Below the pieces are notes generated by a model, which saw nothing but the letters and a program-made list of their open reading frames with translations, was not told where the DNA came from and did no database searches. Below, one piece after another: positions 22,378 through 34,489 of a stretch of 64,000 bases of DNA. The stretch lies in the NCBI GenBank assembly GCA_045159875.1, contig CP067995.1:1312001-1376000 (forward strand), read 5' to 3'. How positions within the stretch are numbered: position 1 is the stretch's first letter; each line of letters opens with the position of its first letter. A program made the position numbers and the translations under genes. Origin of the DNA: a cyanobacterium endosymbiont of Rhopalodia gibba. GTDB taxonomy: Bacteria; Cyanobacteriota; Cyanobacteriia; Cyanobacteriales; Microcystaceae.

Positions 22378-23987
22378 AAAAATCGAAGATAGCTATTAAG
22401 TAATAACTTAATCTTACAACAATTATACCTGATTCAAGATTACCTATTAATTCATGAGTTATTTTAATAATATAATTAATCTATTATACTACTTCTTTTA
22501 AAAGAGTTAATCCTAGGCTAATAATAGTAATTAATCTCCGTACAAATCACCAATTGTTATCCATAAAAAAGCTGAAGAAAAATTAATACAAATTAACTGT
22601 CAAGACAATGATTTACATCTTTATAAGAACATCGACTAAAATTGCGTAAGGTAATTATAGTTTTAGGAATTTTTATATAGTTTTTTATGTATTTTTCAGG
22701 AGAACAGAAGTATTCAAAATTCTCAAAAATACTAGATATTTCGAATATTTCTTCATAAAATTAGTATCCCTTGATAGACTCCTAAGAAGTCAAGTTAGTA
22801 GTTTAATTCTCCGATAGTAGCTGATTGAAGCTGACCTCTAAATTAAAAAATATAAATTTTTAAATTTTTTGAAAAATATTTTTTATCTCTTCAATTTATA
22901 TTTTTATTTTAGTTTAAATAAAGATAAAACGTTAATTTTTCTGACTTCAATATTTTATATTCTAAGTGTATATTTCTTTTTTTTATTGAGTTTAGTTTTT
23001 TTATTTTTTTTAGAAAATATATAATTGCTCTTTAATAAGATCATGAGTGAATTCTTTTTTGTAGATAATTACAATTACTTTTCTACTCAAAATTTGAATA
23101 AAAAAAGTTAAAATTTTGTAAATTTTATTTCTAATAATAACAAATCAATATTATTGATTTTTCGCTTGTTACATACAAGTTGTTTACAACTTATTCTCCA
23201 CTAAAGTTTAAGTATAGACTTCTATCTTAAAGACTACAGATACTTCGACTAAAGAGTAATTAGTAGAAGTTTTTTTAAAATATAAATTACCGATGATAGA
23301 TAGTTTTAAATAATTAAAGTTACAAGCGATTACTATACATACTATACAATCAAATATAAATTTAATTTTCTCTATCGCAATTAGATTAATTCTTCTATCA
23401 AATATCGTTTGTTTTCTAAAATAAATTCTTATAAAAGAATAGTAAAATTGTGTGATAAGATACCATTGATTTCTTTGGTAAAACTAATAATTATCCTCAT
23501 TATTAGTGGTTAGGATTGGCTTGTCAATCTAAGGTTAAAATATTAACTATTACAGGATTTATTCAGAAATTTGAGACCTATTTCTAGCTGTTCAGCTAAT
23601 AAATTAAAATAATTCCCAATTATCTATCTTAGTAACAATGAGATGAGTACTTGATGGTGTCACCTTTTAATCGGCAATGTTTTGAATAGTATAAATAATT
23701 TATTGTTAGAAATTGTAGAATTAAATTCTAGAATTTTCTAGAATATAGAATTTCAATACTACCCTATTTCTAGGAATTGAATGAACAATTTGGAGATAAA
23801 CAGTTATTATTAATGAGTCACCGTTTGCTGCCAACCATTCGCTGATAACTCAAAATAGTTTTTTGCTCTACTTCTTTTTATTGGATGGTCTAGTCCACTA
23901 AGAAATTTTTGCTTAGATTCAATTGGATTTACACTTCAATTATGACAAGAACTCAACGCGTCATAGAATAGTTTTTTAGGAAAAGTT

Positions 23988-25550
23988 TTACAAACCTAGA
24001 TCAACGGCAATACGATGGCTGCAAGCAAACCCCGAGAAGGCAACTGCATTTAATCCTTGTCCAGGAAAAGTACTGTCTCCCACACAATAAAGTCCAGTGA
24101 TCCCAGTTTGGTTAAAAGGCATTCCCAACAACCCGGCTAATTTCCGCTTTGGAATAGGTCCATAGGTTCCGTCATCTCGTCCTAAAAACCGTCGATGAGT
24201 ACGAGGGGTTCCCACCTCTTGATAGTCCAAAGCTTGACTTAAACCTGGAAAAATCTTTTCTAACCTTTCAATTAAATCATTAGTAGCTCTTTTTTTTTGT
24301 TTTTGGTATTCTCTCGCAGAAAGTCCTTGCCATTCTTTAATCCAGCTTGGGGTAAAGGTGTGGATAATATGATGATCACGAGGAGCTAAACTCGGATCAA
24401 GAAGCGTAGGAATAGAAACAAAAATCGTTCCCTGTTCAGCTTCCATCTTATCCCAATTTTCCAATAAAACGTGATGACATTCGGTTTGAGGAGGCAATAA
24501 ATCAATCTTCACCCCTAAATATAAACTGAGGAAACTGGGGGATTTGTGATAACGATTCCTCCATCGTTTTTCCTTACCCGGCATTACTTTGGGGGTCAAT
24601 AATTTTTCAAAAGTATCCCAACGAGTGGCATTAGAAACAATACGCTTAGCAAAATATTGTTGACCGCTGGCTAATTCTACGCCCACCGCTTTCTTCTTTT
24701 CTAGCAAAATTTTGGTGACTCTAGCCTTATACTGAACTTTTCCCCCTACTTTTTCAAGTCCTTCCACTAATTTCTGGGCAATTTGTCCTACTCCCCCTTT
24801 GGGATAATTAATTCCTCCATAATGACGGTCAGAAAATACCATCCCTGCATTGATCATAGGGGTAAGATCGGACCGAACCACTGACCAACAGTAACATTCC
24901 ATATCAATAAACTTTAATAGTTGGAGATCACTGATATAGCGTCTGGCAATTTCTCCCGCATTTTGCGGTAAATATTTAATCAACTTCAAACAAGCCATGG
25001 GATTTTGAAAAAAGACCCGTGTTAAGTAACGAGGTTCTTCTAAGGAAAGTAACTCCATAGTATTGAGGCAGTTAAAGACTTTCCAACATTCATCGTAAAA
25101 ATGGCGAATTCCTGTTTTCTCCTGCGGAAATTTAGTGATTAATTCTTCTAGAAATTTCTCATAGTCTCGATGAACTTTTAGGTCTAATCCTTGAGGTAAA
25201 TGATAATGAATCTGTACAAGATCTTCAATTGTTTCCAGACTAATGTCAACGGCTTCTAATGCGCGAGTGAGTAAGTTGGTCGTTCCTTTGCTACCAAACC
25301 CGAAAATCATAGACGCACCCACATCAAAGCGATATCCTTCCCGTTCAAAATATCCCGCACTTCCTCCAGGAATTAAATACCGTTCTAATACTAGGACTTT
25401 TGCTCCCTTGGCTGCTAATTGAGTGGCAGTGACTAACCCTCCGATTCCTGAGCCAATCACAATGACATCATAGTCCGAAGTCTTTCCCCTGCCTGTAGCT
25501 ACCATTGTTGAAGACTCGCTTTGTGCAATCATTGTTTTTCTCTTATCCAT
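23988..25550 (-). CDS. crtH: Carotenoid cis-trans isomerase
   Basis: GSGIGG FAD site, FDVGASMIFG, GTTNLLTRAL, TPMINAGMVFSDRH, GDSTFPGQGLNAVAFSG. Confidence 0.92.
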   Translation of the reverse strand: MDKRKTMIAQSESSTMVATGRGKTSDYDVIVIGSGIGGLVTATQLAAKGAKVLVLERYLIPGGSAGYFEREGYRFDVGASMIFGFGSKGTTNLLTRALEAVDISLETIEDLVQIHYHLPQGLDLKVHRDYEKFLEELITKFPQEKTGIRHFYDECWKVFNCLNTMELLSLEEPRYLTRVFFQNPMACLKLIKYLPQNAGEIARRYISDLQLLKFIDMECYCWSVVRSDLTPMINAGMVFSDRHYGGINYPKGGVGQIAQKLVEGLEKVGGKVQYKARVTKILLEKKKAVGVELASGQQYFAKRIVSNATRWDTFEKLLTPKVMPGKEKRWRNRYHKSPSFLSLYLGVKIDLLPPQTECHHVLLENWDKMEAEQGTIFVSIPTLLDPSLAPRDHHIIHTFTPSWIKEWQGLSAREYQKQKKRATNDLIERLEKIFPGLSQALDYQEVGTPRTHRRFLGRDDGTYGPIPKRKLAGLLGMPFNQTGITGLYCVGDSTFPGQGLNAVAFSGFACSHRIAVDLGL

Positions 25551-25995
25551 ATCTTCAGTTGCGATAACAATTGATTAACTTTTCTAGTTTATCTTGTCAA
25601 AGGATAAAAAGATAAGTTTAAAAAATAGGAGAAACGTCCTCATTTTCTTAAAAAATTAAGACTGCTAATCTTTGACAAAAAATATTAGAGATTTACACTA
25701 ACAGGCTTTATTACCTTGAGTTTAACTAATTTTAGAGGTATTATTATAAATAATAATACAGTTGCAACTATAGTCTTTTAAAAAGAACTATTAGTAATCC
25801 TTACTTTGTTTAAAAAAAATTTATATTAATAATTCTCATCGAGAATAGAGATGACAATTTGGTTTAGTATTAATATTTCGTAATCTTTGTTAATCAGATT
25901 TTGGGTGATTTTCCAAGGTTAAATATGATATAAAGTTAAGAATATTTCCTGCTCGTCTTTTTTTGCGAGCGTTGAAGATTATTGATTACCTGATC

Positions 25996-26901
25996 ATGAA
26001 TTTTTTAACGTTTGTTGGAGATTTACTCCAAAATTTGTTGTTTGTAACCCTTATTTTCTGTGGTATTTGTTTGCTATTATATTCGTCTAATTCTTCAAAG
26101 CAAGGTCTTAAGGGCCAATTTAGACGACTAACTTGTTTATTGGAAGATGCTCCCCAAAGTTCTCTGCGTGGACAAGCTTATCCTTTAGCTAGCCCTCTTA
26201 TGACTCCTTTAGCGTGTTTATTAGAAGATGCTCCCCAAAGTTCTTTACGTGGACAAGCTTATCCTTTAGCTAGTCCTCTTATGACTCCTTTAGCGTGTAT
26301 ATGGGAAAAAGGGTGGTATCTTTTTTACCGCCAAAGATTAGCCAAACCTGGGGTTAATTATTGGGAATGGAAAAATTTTCCTCTCGCTACCGAAGTTGTC
26401 CCAGAATTATTATGGTTATGGAGTTTGCCTGAACCTCAAAAAACTTCAAAACTTATACTAGAATCTTTAGCCAAAGAGGATCAGTCTTTTTGGAACCAAG
26501 AAACTATCGATAGGTTTCGCCAATGGCACCACCAAGCTACCCAACGTCTAGGATTAACTAACCTCAAGGCTATTTATCAGGTGTTCTATGGAACATCTTG
26601 GGGACAGTTGCAACCTATTGTAAATGAACATCCTCTCCACCTTAAACGTGCGTTCTTTGATGAGTCATCTCCTTGGTGGAAAATTCTAGACCTTCATCCT
26701 TTCCCCACTTCGTTGCAAGTTGAGCAAACTTATAAGGGTTTAATTCGTCTTTGGCATCCTGATCGAACTCAACATCCTTTAGCTCATTATGTCACAGCTC
26801 GTCTTAATGACGCTTACGAAGAATACCAACTGCGTCAGCAGAGGAATTCTCAAAAACTTGGTTTAGTTCAACAATGGTTCAAATCACGATTTTATTCTTA
26901 A
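25996..26901 (+). CDS. Membrane-anchored protein with C-terminal J (DnaJ) domain
   Basis: N-terminal hydrophobic helix; C-terminal WWKIL...YKGLIRLWHPDR...LNDAY with intact HPD. Confidence 0.8.
   Translation: MNFLTFVGDLLQNLLFVTLIFCGICLLLYSSNSSKQGLKGQFRRLTCLLEDAPQSSLRGQAYPLASPLMTPLACLLEDAPQSSLRGQAYPLASPLMTPLACIWEKGWYLFYRQRLAKPGVNYWEWKNFPLATEVVPELLWLWSLPEPQKTSKLILESLAKEDQSFWNQETIDRFRQWHHQATQRLGLTNLKAIYQVFYGTSWGQLQPIVNEHPLHLKRAFFDESSPWWKILDLHPFPTSLQVEQTYKGLIRLWHPDRTQHPLAHYVTARLNDAYEEYQLRQQRNSQKLGLVQQWFKSRFYS
26134..26295 (+). repeat. In-frame tandem duplication, 2 x 81 bp (27 aa)
   Basis: CLLEDAPQSSLRGQAYPLASPLMTPLA at 26134-26214 and 26215-26295. Confidence 0.95.
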
Positions 26902-27859
26902 TATTTCTCCCGACGAGCTACCCAAGGGGAAAGCGCGGGCTCCCTTGCTGCTCCACCAGTCTTTTCTAGATAAGAAATTGTCTTTTATCTATTTCTATCT
27001 AAACACCTCCACAGTTAAAAAGTTAAAACGACAAACTATATAATCAGCTGTAAATGTGTAGGTTTCTAACTACTAGAAAAACTCTTCTCCCCTTTTCTAG
27101 CTCCTTAGCATTGTCTACTGTCTAGCGCAGTCTAGGGATACGTATCCTCACTGTCTCAAACTCAAGGTTCGCCCTTTGATTTCTTAGCCTGTTTCCAATT
27201 GTCGGTTATACTTATTGTATTCCAGCTTCTACAGCTTCGTCTCAAGCCATGACCATACTTCTATCCCAGTGCTAAGACATTGTGGAACATGGTGCTTTCG
27301 TGTAAAAGCTAAGGCTTACTCTCATTCATGTTAGTTGGACACTCTACAATAACTTTACTATACAGCTCAGAAAAATACAATGGTCAGGATAAAAAAGTGA
27401 TAAACAATTAAGTCATTTTAACATCAAATGTAATTTCTGTTTTAGGGGGAAACTGTTAAATATTTTCTTTACCAAATTTTGAAGTATTACAATAAACATA
27501 CTTAATCAAATTGTAACTATATCAATATATATTGGTCATCGGTAAAAAATACATTTAGTTAATCACTGCCAATTTCATTTCAGTTGAAGCCTATGAAGAT
27601 AAAACTACAGCCAAAACAATTTTTGATCCATGGAGTGATAATCCAATCACTGGATTGATATTAAATTTCATCAAATAGCTTTTATCGATGTTATTCCTCA
27701 ATCATTGTAAATAACAATGAATATATTGTCCAGATATAAAGCTGACAGTTCTGTAAGTTTTCTTTATGAAATAAGCGAACTTTTTAACTAAATTTGAGAC
27801 GATTATTGTTAGTATCATGCTTTCATCTTTCTTTAAGAAGCCTCAACAACCCTGATAAT

Positions 27860-27892
27860 TCAATAGTGATTAAACTGACTAATCACTATTGA
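27860..27892. repeat. Perfect inverted repeat, 13-bp arms
   Basis: TCAATAGTGATTA-aactgac-TAATCACTATTGA. Confidence 0.8.
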
Positions 27893-27959
27893 GATTTAAA
27901 GATTGTTAAAAATCTAATAAACGTTGTGTAATAAAGAATTAAGTTATTTTTCAAAAATT

Positions 27960-28560
27960 TGAAACGTGACACATCGCTTATCTACTCAGCTGTTGCTAAC
28001 TCAATGATACTGACATTATAGCGACATGAGCTATTAAAGAGTATAATTCCAATAGCTTTGATGAAATTGCCTTCTAATTCCTAGAACATCTTTATATTTG
28101 TTGCAAAAGTAACATTGGCTTCATAGATGATGCAATCATCTATTTTTCTATCAATGGGCAAGTCATTTTATCCTTGACGATAGTTGTTTCTAAAAACTTT
28201 CTTATCTAGAATTATGTCCAATTGATACAAAGCAGTCTCTCCATCTTTCCCTAAATTTATGGCTCTTGGGCTACTGATAATTTAGATAAATGGGTAGCTA
28301 ATTCCTGAATACGCTGTATATGGACTCGTTCCGATTGACAGAGCAATTTCATCATGTGATATGTGCCCTGTGAGCATAGTATAAATCTTGCCCTAAAGCT
28401 TGTTTACGATTCGATTGGGAAAAGTAAAGTTTAGAGGCTACCTCATAGTCGCGAAGTTTGTCCATTTTTTTCCATCACTGAGTGAACAGACTAGAGGTTT
28501 ACGACCAATTTTAGGTAGAGATTTCTTTCAACAACTCCTTTCAACAAACACTTGATAAAA
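27960..28560 (-). pseudogene. Unidentified degraded coding sequence
   Basis: Coding-like composition and stop-broken peptides (HDEIALSIGTSPYTAYSG; LDKKVFRNNYRQG*NDLPIDRKIDDCIIYEANVTF); family not recognised. Confidence 0.3.
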
Positions 28561-28699
28561 CCAACACTTTTGCTGAAAATATTGGTTTTATTTGTACCTT
28601 TTCATAAGATGGTTACTAAATTTATACTCATGTTATCATTATCTTGTTTCTTAATAGTGAATACTAGAGCGATAGCTGAGTTACTCATTACAAACACTA

Positions 28700-29369
28700 A
28701 AAATACTCCTCACTGTGTAAACTAATTTGACAGAATTTAGTACATCTAACCGCCAACCGTCAATCCCATAGTGCAGCCAATATTCTCTCGCCTGCATTAT
28801 GCATTCTCTAACGGCGGGATTGTTGTGATTAAATTGAGATCAGGCACGATAATTAATTCAAGAGAGGTAATTTACCGGCAAATTATCTTGATAAGTAGAC
28901 AATAGTCAAACGACGATTTTAAACCAATTTAAATAAGGAGAATTGGGTCCGTTTTCTAAGATTTCATTAAAGAAAAAAAACGACTGGCACAATTGAGAAA
29001 CCAGTCTAAGATAACTTTAAAGTTACGTTTATGGACTTCTTTTATGTAGTTTTTTGAAAACTTAATTTCTGCCTAAAAGAGGATCAACTGTATAGTAATT
29101 ATGGATGTGATAACGCTAATTAATAGCAGACTGAAAAATAGTATTAAAACATGAGACAGTAATACCTAAATCCTGTAAAGAATAAAGTATATCAATAACT
29201 ACGCCAAGATTCCCCCTTTATATCCTTAAAAAGTTGGAGAGACATCCCAATTTCCCAAGGTAGCACTCAATAACCATTGTTGATAGGAAAAAATTTTCTT
29301 TGCAAAACTACCAGGACAAACTTGCTCGAAAACAGCATGTTCAACTTAATCTAAAGTACAAATCAACAT
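28700..29369 (-). pseudogene. nplT: GH13 neopullulanase/cyclomaltodextrinase-type glycoside hydrolase, pseudogene
   Basis: MLICTLD*VEHAVFEQVCPGSFAK (cf. WVKHAVFYQIFPDRFA), LQDLGIT..IFQSAIN*RYH..VDPLLG, NHNNPAVRECIMQAREYWLHYGIDGWRLDV; C-terminal half missing. Confidence 0.85.
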
Positions 29370-29391
29370 TGTTGTTATTGCCTGTTTCTTC

Positions 29392-30450
29392 TTAGGGATA
29401 AAAACACAATTGAGGTAGTCCTAGGGTTTGATCCCAATCCATCATTAAGTTCAAGCACTGCACTGCCTGTCCGGCTTGACCCTTGATTAGGTTATCAATA
29501 GCAGACATAACGATGACGCGATCAGTATGGGGATCTGTTTCAACTCCAATATAACAAAGATTAGTTCCCCAGGCCCATTTAGTTTGAGGATAAATACCGT
29601 GAGGGAGAATTTTTACAAAAGGGAAGGAACGGTAAAATGCACTATAAATGGTCAGAATATCATCTCTAACTAGCCCAGGATCTCGTAGAGATGCATAAAC
29701 AGTTGCTAGAATACCTCGAACCATGGGGAGTAAATGGGGAGTAAACTGAACCCGAACTTCATGTCCGGCTAAATCAGAACAAATTTGTTCGATCTCTGGT
29801 GTGTGGCGATGTTTAGCCACTTCGTAAGCCATACATGACCCCTCTGCTTCTGCAAGTAAGAGATGAGTTTTAACTTGACGGCCTCCGCCTGATGTTCCTG
29901 ACTTAGCGTCAATAATAGCAGTCTCAGGAATAATTAAGCCTTGCTTGAGGAGAGGAGACAAAGCCATCAAACTTGCTGTAGGGTAACATCCAGGACATCC
30001 CACCAAAGAAGTAGACTTAATTTCTTCTTGGTACAATTCAGGAAGCCCATAGACAGATTGAATGGCGGTTTCGTGATCAGTGCGATTCTTGTTGTACCAC
30101 GCAGTGTAGGTGTCCAAATTACGAAAACGATAGTCTGCAGACAAATCTAGGACTTTACAGCCTTTTGCCAGTAATCGGGGGGCTAGCTCGCAAGCCAGCC
30201 CATTTGGAAGTCCTAAAAATACTACCTGACAACGAGAAGCTACCACATCTATGTCAATCGGTTCGATAGTCAAATCAACGCGATGTACTAAATGGGGATA
30301 GAGCTCCCAATAGACTTTTCCTACACTTCTATTGCCTCCAAGATAGACGATATCTATGTTTGGATGTTCTAGTAATATCCGCACCAGTTGTATACCACCG
30401 TACCCTGAAGCTCCAATAATCCCGACTGGTATTTTCTCTGATTCGCCCAT
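29392..30450 (-). CDS. argC: N-acetyl-gamma-glutamyl-phosphate reductase
   Basis: [42 protein letters not shown]. Confidence 0.96.
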   Translation of the reverse strand: MGESEKIPVGIIGASGYGGIQLVRILLEHPNIDIVYLGGNRSVGKVYWELYPHLVHRVDLTIEPIDIDVVASRCQVVFLGLPNGLACELAPRLLAKGCKVLDLSADYRFRNLDTYTAWYNKNRTDHETAIQSVYGLPELYQEEIKSTSLVGCPGCYPTASLMALSPLLKQGLIIPETAIIDAKSGTSGGGRQVKTHLLLAEAEGSCMAYEVAKHRHTPEIEQICSDLAGHEVRVQFTPHLLPMVRGILATVYASLRDPGLVRDDILTIYSAFYRSFPFVKILPHGIYPQTKWAWGTNLCYIGVETDPHTDRVIVMSAIDNLIKGQAGQAVQCLNLMMDWDQTLGLPQLCFYP

Positions 30451-32022
30451 AAATATTACTTCCTAGAGTTAAGCCACCGTCTCTATCTCACCTTGGCTAT
30501 TGTAGTCTCAAATCTTCCTCTTGAATCAAAAAAATTGTTGAAGCTTCTCGCTACATCACTTTAATAAAAATTAAATCAATAAATTTCTTTTAACAACTAT
30601 TCAATAGGTAATAGGTTGTTTTTATAAAAATTAACTATTTTCTTATTATCTAGTTTATTTTCTTGATCTTATTTTTTTAAGTTCTTTTAAATTGTCGCCC
30701 AAAAATATTAAGTATTATACTGTCTTAACACACCATAGAGTTATCTTAAAATTCACTGAATAAGCAGTTTATTATAGGTTATAGTTCTTTTAGACTGAGT
30801 ATAGTAGATGGGTCGCTAAGCAGGTAAGTTTAAATCAGTCTAAAACAGAAGTGTAGTTTAAAACGAGCGAGTATTCAGAATACTAGTCTATCTAAAAAAG
30901 ATAGTATAATTAGGGGATAGTGACTATCAAAGTTAAAATACCACCATAAGATTCTCTGTGAAATCAGAACAATGGCATAATATTTATATTGAAATACCAG
31001 TCCACAAAAAATGAAAATATTACAAACTATATTAAAAAATAGTAGGCTAATGAACAAGACAGAGGGTAAAAAAATGAATTAACTTAATTTAGTAGTTTCA
31101 TTAAAACTTGATAAATTTTCTAATAAAACTCAAAATAATGCAAGATAATGAGGGAATAAATACGGTGACAATTATCGCTAATAATTTATTATATATGCAG
31201 TTTAGTTAGACCAGAACTAAAAAGATAATAACAAGCATTGTATATATTTCTTTGTAAACTTAAATTGAAGAATCAAATACAATAGTAAAAAAATAGAATA
31301 AAATAAAAGATTATAAAATTACTGTAGGTATGCTTAAAGATGAATATTATTTAGCTAATACACTAAAAAAAGTCTTGCTTAAGATATTTTTTAGTGAAAT
31401 AGATTAAAGCCTTAATAACTTAAGTATATATACCTGAAGATAGGGGAGAATAAAAGTAATAATTTTAACTTTTATCCTGGATATATTTACTAGTAATAAA
31501 ATAAATATAATAGTAAATATATCGTAAAAATTAATTTTTTCTACTATAGAAATAATCTAGATAAAAACGATGTCTATAAAATTTTAGCTAGCTCCAAATC
31601 TTCCTTTACTTAAACTAAAAAATAATATCTATTTTTGAAAAAATATCAAAAATTAACACTTAAACAGAGTGCATTCTCTGTATCTTGTAACTGGTGAGTG
31701 GGCGACGGTGGCCAATTCTTGATTATGAAACAGGTTTTGACTGCAAAGGAAAAGACCAGGTAAAGGCTTATTTACTCCAAGGATAAATGCATAATTCTAC
31801 TATATGATTACCTCCTGCTCACCCTGTGAAGTTTGCCAGCCAACTCCCCTTTTATCTATCTCTGATCACATAACATACAAAATATTCAGTTTGCAGTCAT
31901 AGACTTAAATTTAAAAGACCTAGATGGCTGAGAGAACTTTTGAAAAGTTGCTTAGTGTATCGGCCCGTCTTACTACTGGCTACTTGTGATATATACTAGC
32001 TCACAGTAAATCTCAAAATCCC

Positions 32023-32871
32023 TTGATGGAGGGCCCAACATTGGATGAACTGCGAGCAGCACTAGAATTAGCAACAGAAGACGATCTACGTCATTTAACC
32101 AAAATTCTTTTTTGTCGTAAATTTAATCCCCTCGATTATTTACAAACCCCTGACCCCATTGAAGTAGAAAGTCAAGACTGGGGAAGTTGGATAGATGCGG
32201 TAGAAAAACGGTTTCGTTATCTGGGAGCTGATGGCATCACGGTCTTACGAAAAAAAAGTAATCAAGTTAGCTATCGTCAAATTCTTATTCGTGTTTGTCA
32301 GTATTTAAAGATTCCTTATTCGACCCAGATGACTACCACCGATATTGAAGCAGACATTTTTCTTTATTTGGTTAGTAAAGCTTGGAAAAAACTTCCTCCT
32401 TGCGAACAAAAGACCCTGATTAAAGAAATAGAGCTATCATTAGCTGACTCTCCTCGGGGCGAACCCCACCATGCTAACTTTCAGAACAATCGCCTTAGTC
32501 TTTTGTTAAGGGGTAGCAGCGTGATCGCTATAAACTCTTTCGTGAAACCCTGGCTACTTAAACATATTTCTCAACAATTTGTCCTCCATTTTGCTCGCTA
32601 TCAAGTTGCAAAACAGGCTGTAGTTGGGGGTGGGGCAGTGGCAGCTAATCAAATTGTACTCAACACCGCTAGACTAAGAATGGTGACGACAGCAGCTCGT
32701 TATGGGACATTTCGTGGAGTTTTTGCTTTTGTGGGTCCAATGTTATGGGGGTGGTTGTTGGCTGATTTAGGATGGCGGGCGATTGCTACTAATTACGGTC
32801 GCATTATTCCAGTCATTTTTACCTTAGCTCAGATTCGTCTTACTCGTACCGAATGTTGGGAAACCACTTAG
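32023..32871 (+). CDS. YaaW family protein
   Basis: LDELRAALELAT, RKFNPLDY, RFRYL.ADG, ATNYGRIIP; real start may be the TTG at 32041. Confidence 0.8.
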   Translation: MMEGPTLDELRAALELATEDDLRHLTKILFCRKFNPLDYLQTPDPIEVESQDWGSWIDAVEKRFRYLGADGITVLRKKSNQVSYRQILIRVCQYLKIPYSTQMTTTDIEADIFLYLVSKAWKKLPPCEQKTLIKEIELSLADSPRGEPHHANFQNNRLSLLLRGSSVIAINSFVKPWLLKHISQQFVLHFARYQVAKQAVVGGGAVAANQIVLNTARLRMVTTAARYGTFRGVFAFVGPMLWGWLLADLGWRAIATNYGRIIPVIFTLAQIRLTRTECWETT

Positions 32872-32937
32872 ATAAGTGGAAAATAGTCAATATTTATCGT
32901 TTATATTCTAAATATTGTCAACTATTTAATTGATATT

Positions 32938-34227
32938 GTGAAGTCTTCGTTGTCGAGTTCCCAGTCAAGATCTAATAATCTTCAATGGGTAGAGAATTCC
33001 CTCAAGTTTGGGATCTTTTTATTCCCCTTTTCTGCCACTATTGGGGGTATAGGTTTAGTGATTGCCTTGTTTAGCCTGTGGCAGCAACGTTTTCACCAAA
33101 TTATTTATGATCGGTTTACCTGGATCTTAGGGGTATTCAGTCTTTGGCTGGTTATTACAACATTTTTTGCCTTTCAACCTATTCTTGCCTTACAAGGATT
33201 GCCGAATTTTCTGCCAGGAATTCTCTTATTAGCTGCTTTCCCGATTTTTTTTGCTAATTTATATCGACTGTATCAGTTTGCTTGGTGGGTGGTTTTAACG
33301 TCTATTCTCCTGACTGGGTTAGGGTTTATGCAACTAGGATGGGGTTGGGAAAGTCCCCTCTTTTTGAGGATTATCGGGATTAAATTACTGGCTTATGGCA
33401 ATCCTGATGGACGAATGTCTTCTTTATTGATGTATGCTAATGTTTTAGCTATTTATCTTCTAATTTCTTTTTTATTAGCCATAGGGTTATGGATTTATAT
33501 CTATCGTCACCGACAAGAGAAACACAAACGAGAGATAATTGGGAAACTAACTATTCTTAGTCTTGCGGTGGTAGGGAATGGACTAGGACTAATTTTTACT
33601 AATTCTCGTAGTGTCTGGGGATTAGCCTTGTTAGGAGTGATGGCCTTTGCCGTTTATTTACGTTGGTATTGGGCCATTTACCTATCGGTTATCGCTATTG
33701 GAATGATTGTTTGGGCTGCCTGGGTTCCTTGGGGACAGGAAACTATACGTGAACTGGTTCCCGCTTATTTTTGGACAAGATTGACGGATGAATTATATGA
33801 TGATCGCTACGTCACTGCTTTACGGACTACCCAATGGAAAGTCGCTAAAGAGATGATATTACAACAGCCTTGGTTGGGATGGGGACTGCGGAATTTTACC
33901 CCAGTCTACCAAACTGAAATGAATGTGTGGATGGGACATCCCCATAACTTATTTTTAATGCTGTTTGCTGAAATTGGCATTCCTGGAACTTTACTTTTTT
34001 GTGGCATTGTGGGGAATGTGATATTTCGAGGGGTAAGAAATTTAGTTCAATGGTCTGATAAGCAAGAAAAATGTCGAGAACATTTACTACTGTTTACTTA
34101 TTTAATAAGTTTTTGCAGTTGTATTTTATTCAATCTATTTGATGTTACTCTTTTTGATGTTCGGGTAAATCTGTTGGGATGGTTTTTGTTGTCAGCGATC
34201 ACTGGTATCACAGAAGTTAGACGTTAG
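32938..34227 (+). CDS. O-antigen ligase (Wzy_C) family membrane protein
   Basis: Multi-TM; R..S...YAN, TNSRS.W, PWLGWG..NF, GHPHNLFLMLFAE.GI.G. Confidence 0.85.
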   Translation: MKSSLSSSQSRSNNLQWVENSLKFGIFLFPFSATIGGIGLVIALFSLWQQRFHQIIYDRFTWILGVFSLWLVITTFFAFQPILALQGLPNFLPGILLLAAFPIFFANLYRLYQFAWWVVLTSILLTGLGFMQLGWGWESPLFLRIIGIKLLAYGNPDGRMSSLLMYANVLAIYLLISFLLAIGLWIYIYRHRQEKHKREIIGKLTILSLAVVGNGLGLIFTNSRSVWGLALLGVMAFAVYLRWYWAIYLSVIAIGMIVWAAWVPWGQETIRELVPAYFWTRLTDELYDDRYVTALRTTQWKVAKEMILQQPWLGWGLRNFTPVYQTEMNVWMGHPHNLFLMLFAEIGIPGTLLFCGIVGNVIFRGVRNLVQWSDKQEKCREHLLLFTYLISFCSCILFNLFDVTLFDVRVNLLGWFLLSAITGITEVRR

Positions 34228-34404
34228 CTTTTTAAGATGTCCTAATTTAGACTTAAACTACTATAAAACATAGATAACTGTGTGAGTTCCAAGAAGTCTA
34301 AAACACAGTTGTTATTCTTTATATATAAGCTAAATCACAACGATTTTAAGGAGTTTTGCTGACTTTTAGTTTATATCCTGTTGATGGTAAGTGATTGTTT
34401 AAAA

Positions 34405-34446
34405 TTTTTGTTAATAGAGCTTATTAAAAAGTTCTATTAACAAAAA
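34405..34446. repeat. Inverted repeat, 14-bp perfect arms
   Basis: TTTTTGTTAATAGA (34405-34418) and TCTATTAACAAAAA (34433-34446). Confidence 0.75.
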
Positions 34447-34489
34447 ATTCTGGGTCTCCAAATAATTTTATAATTAGAGCTGACCTCAA

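Noticed and set aside
31680..31870. GC-richer patch with an AGGNHIVELC (RtcB-like) peptide on the minus strand
   Set aside because: Flanking RtcB motifs are absent; too short to assign
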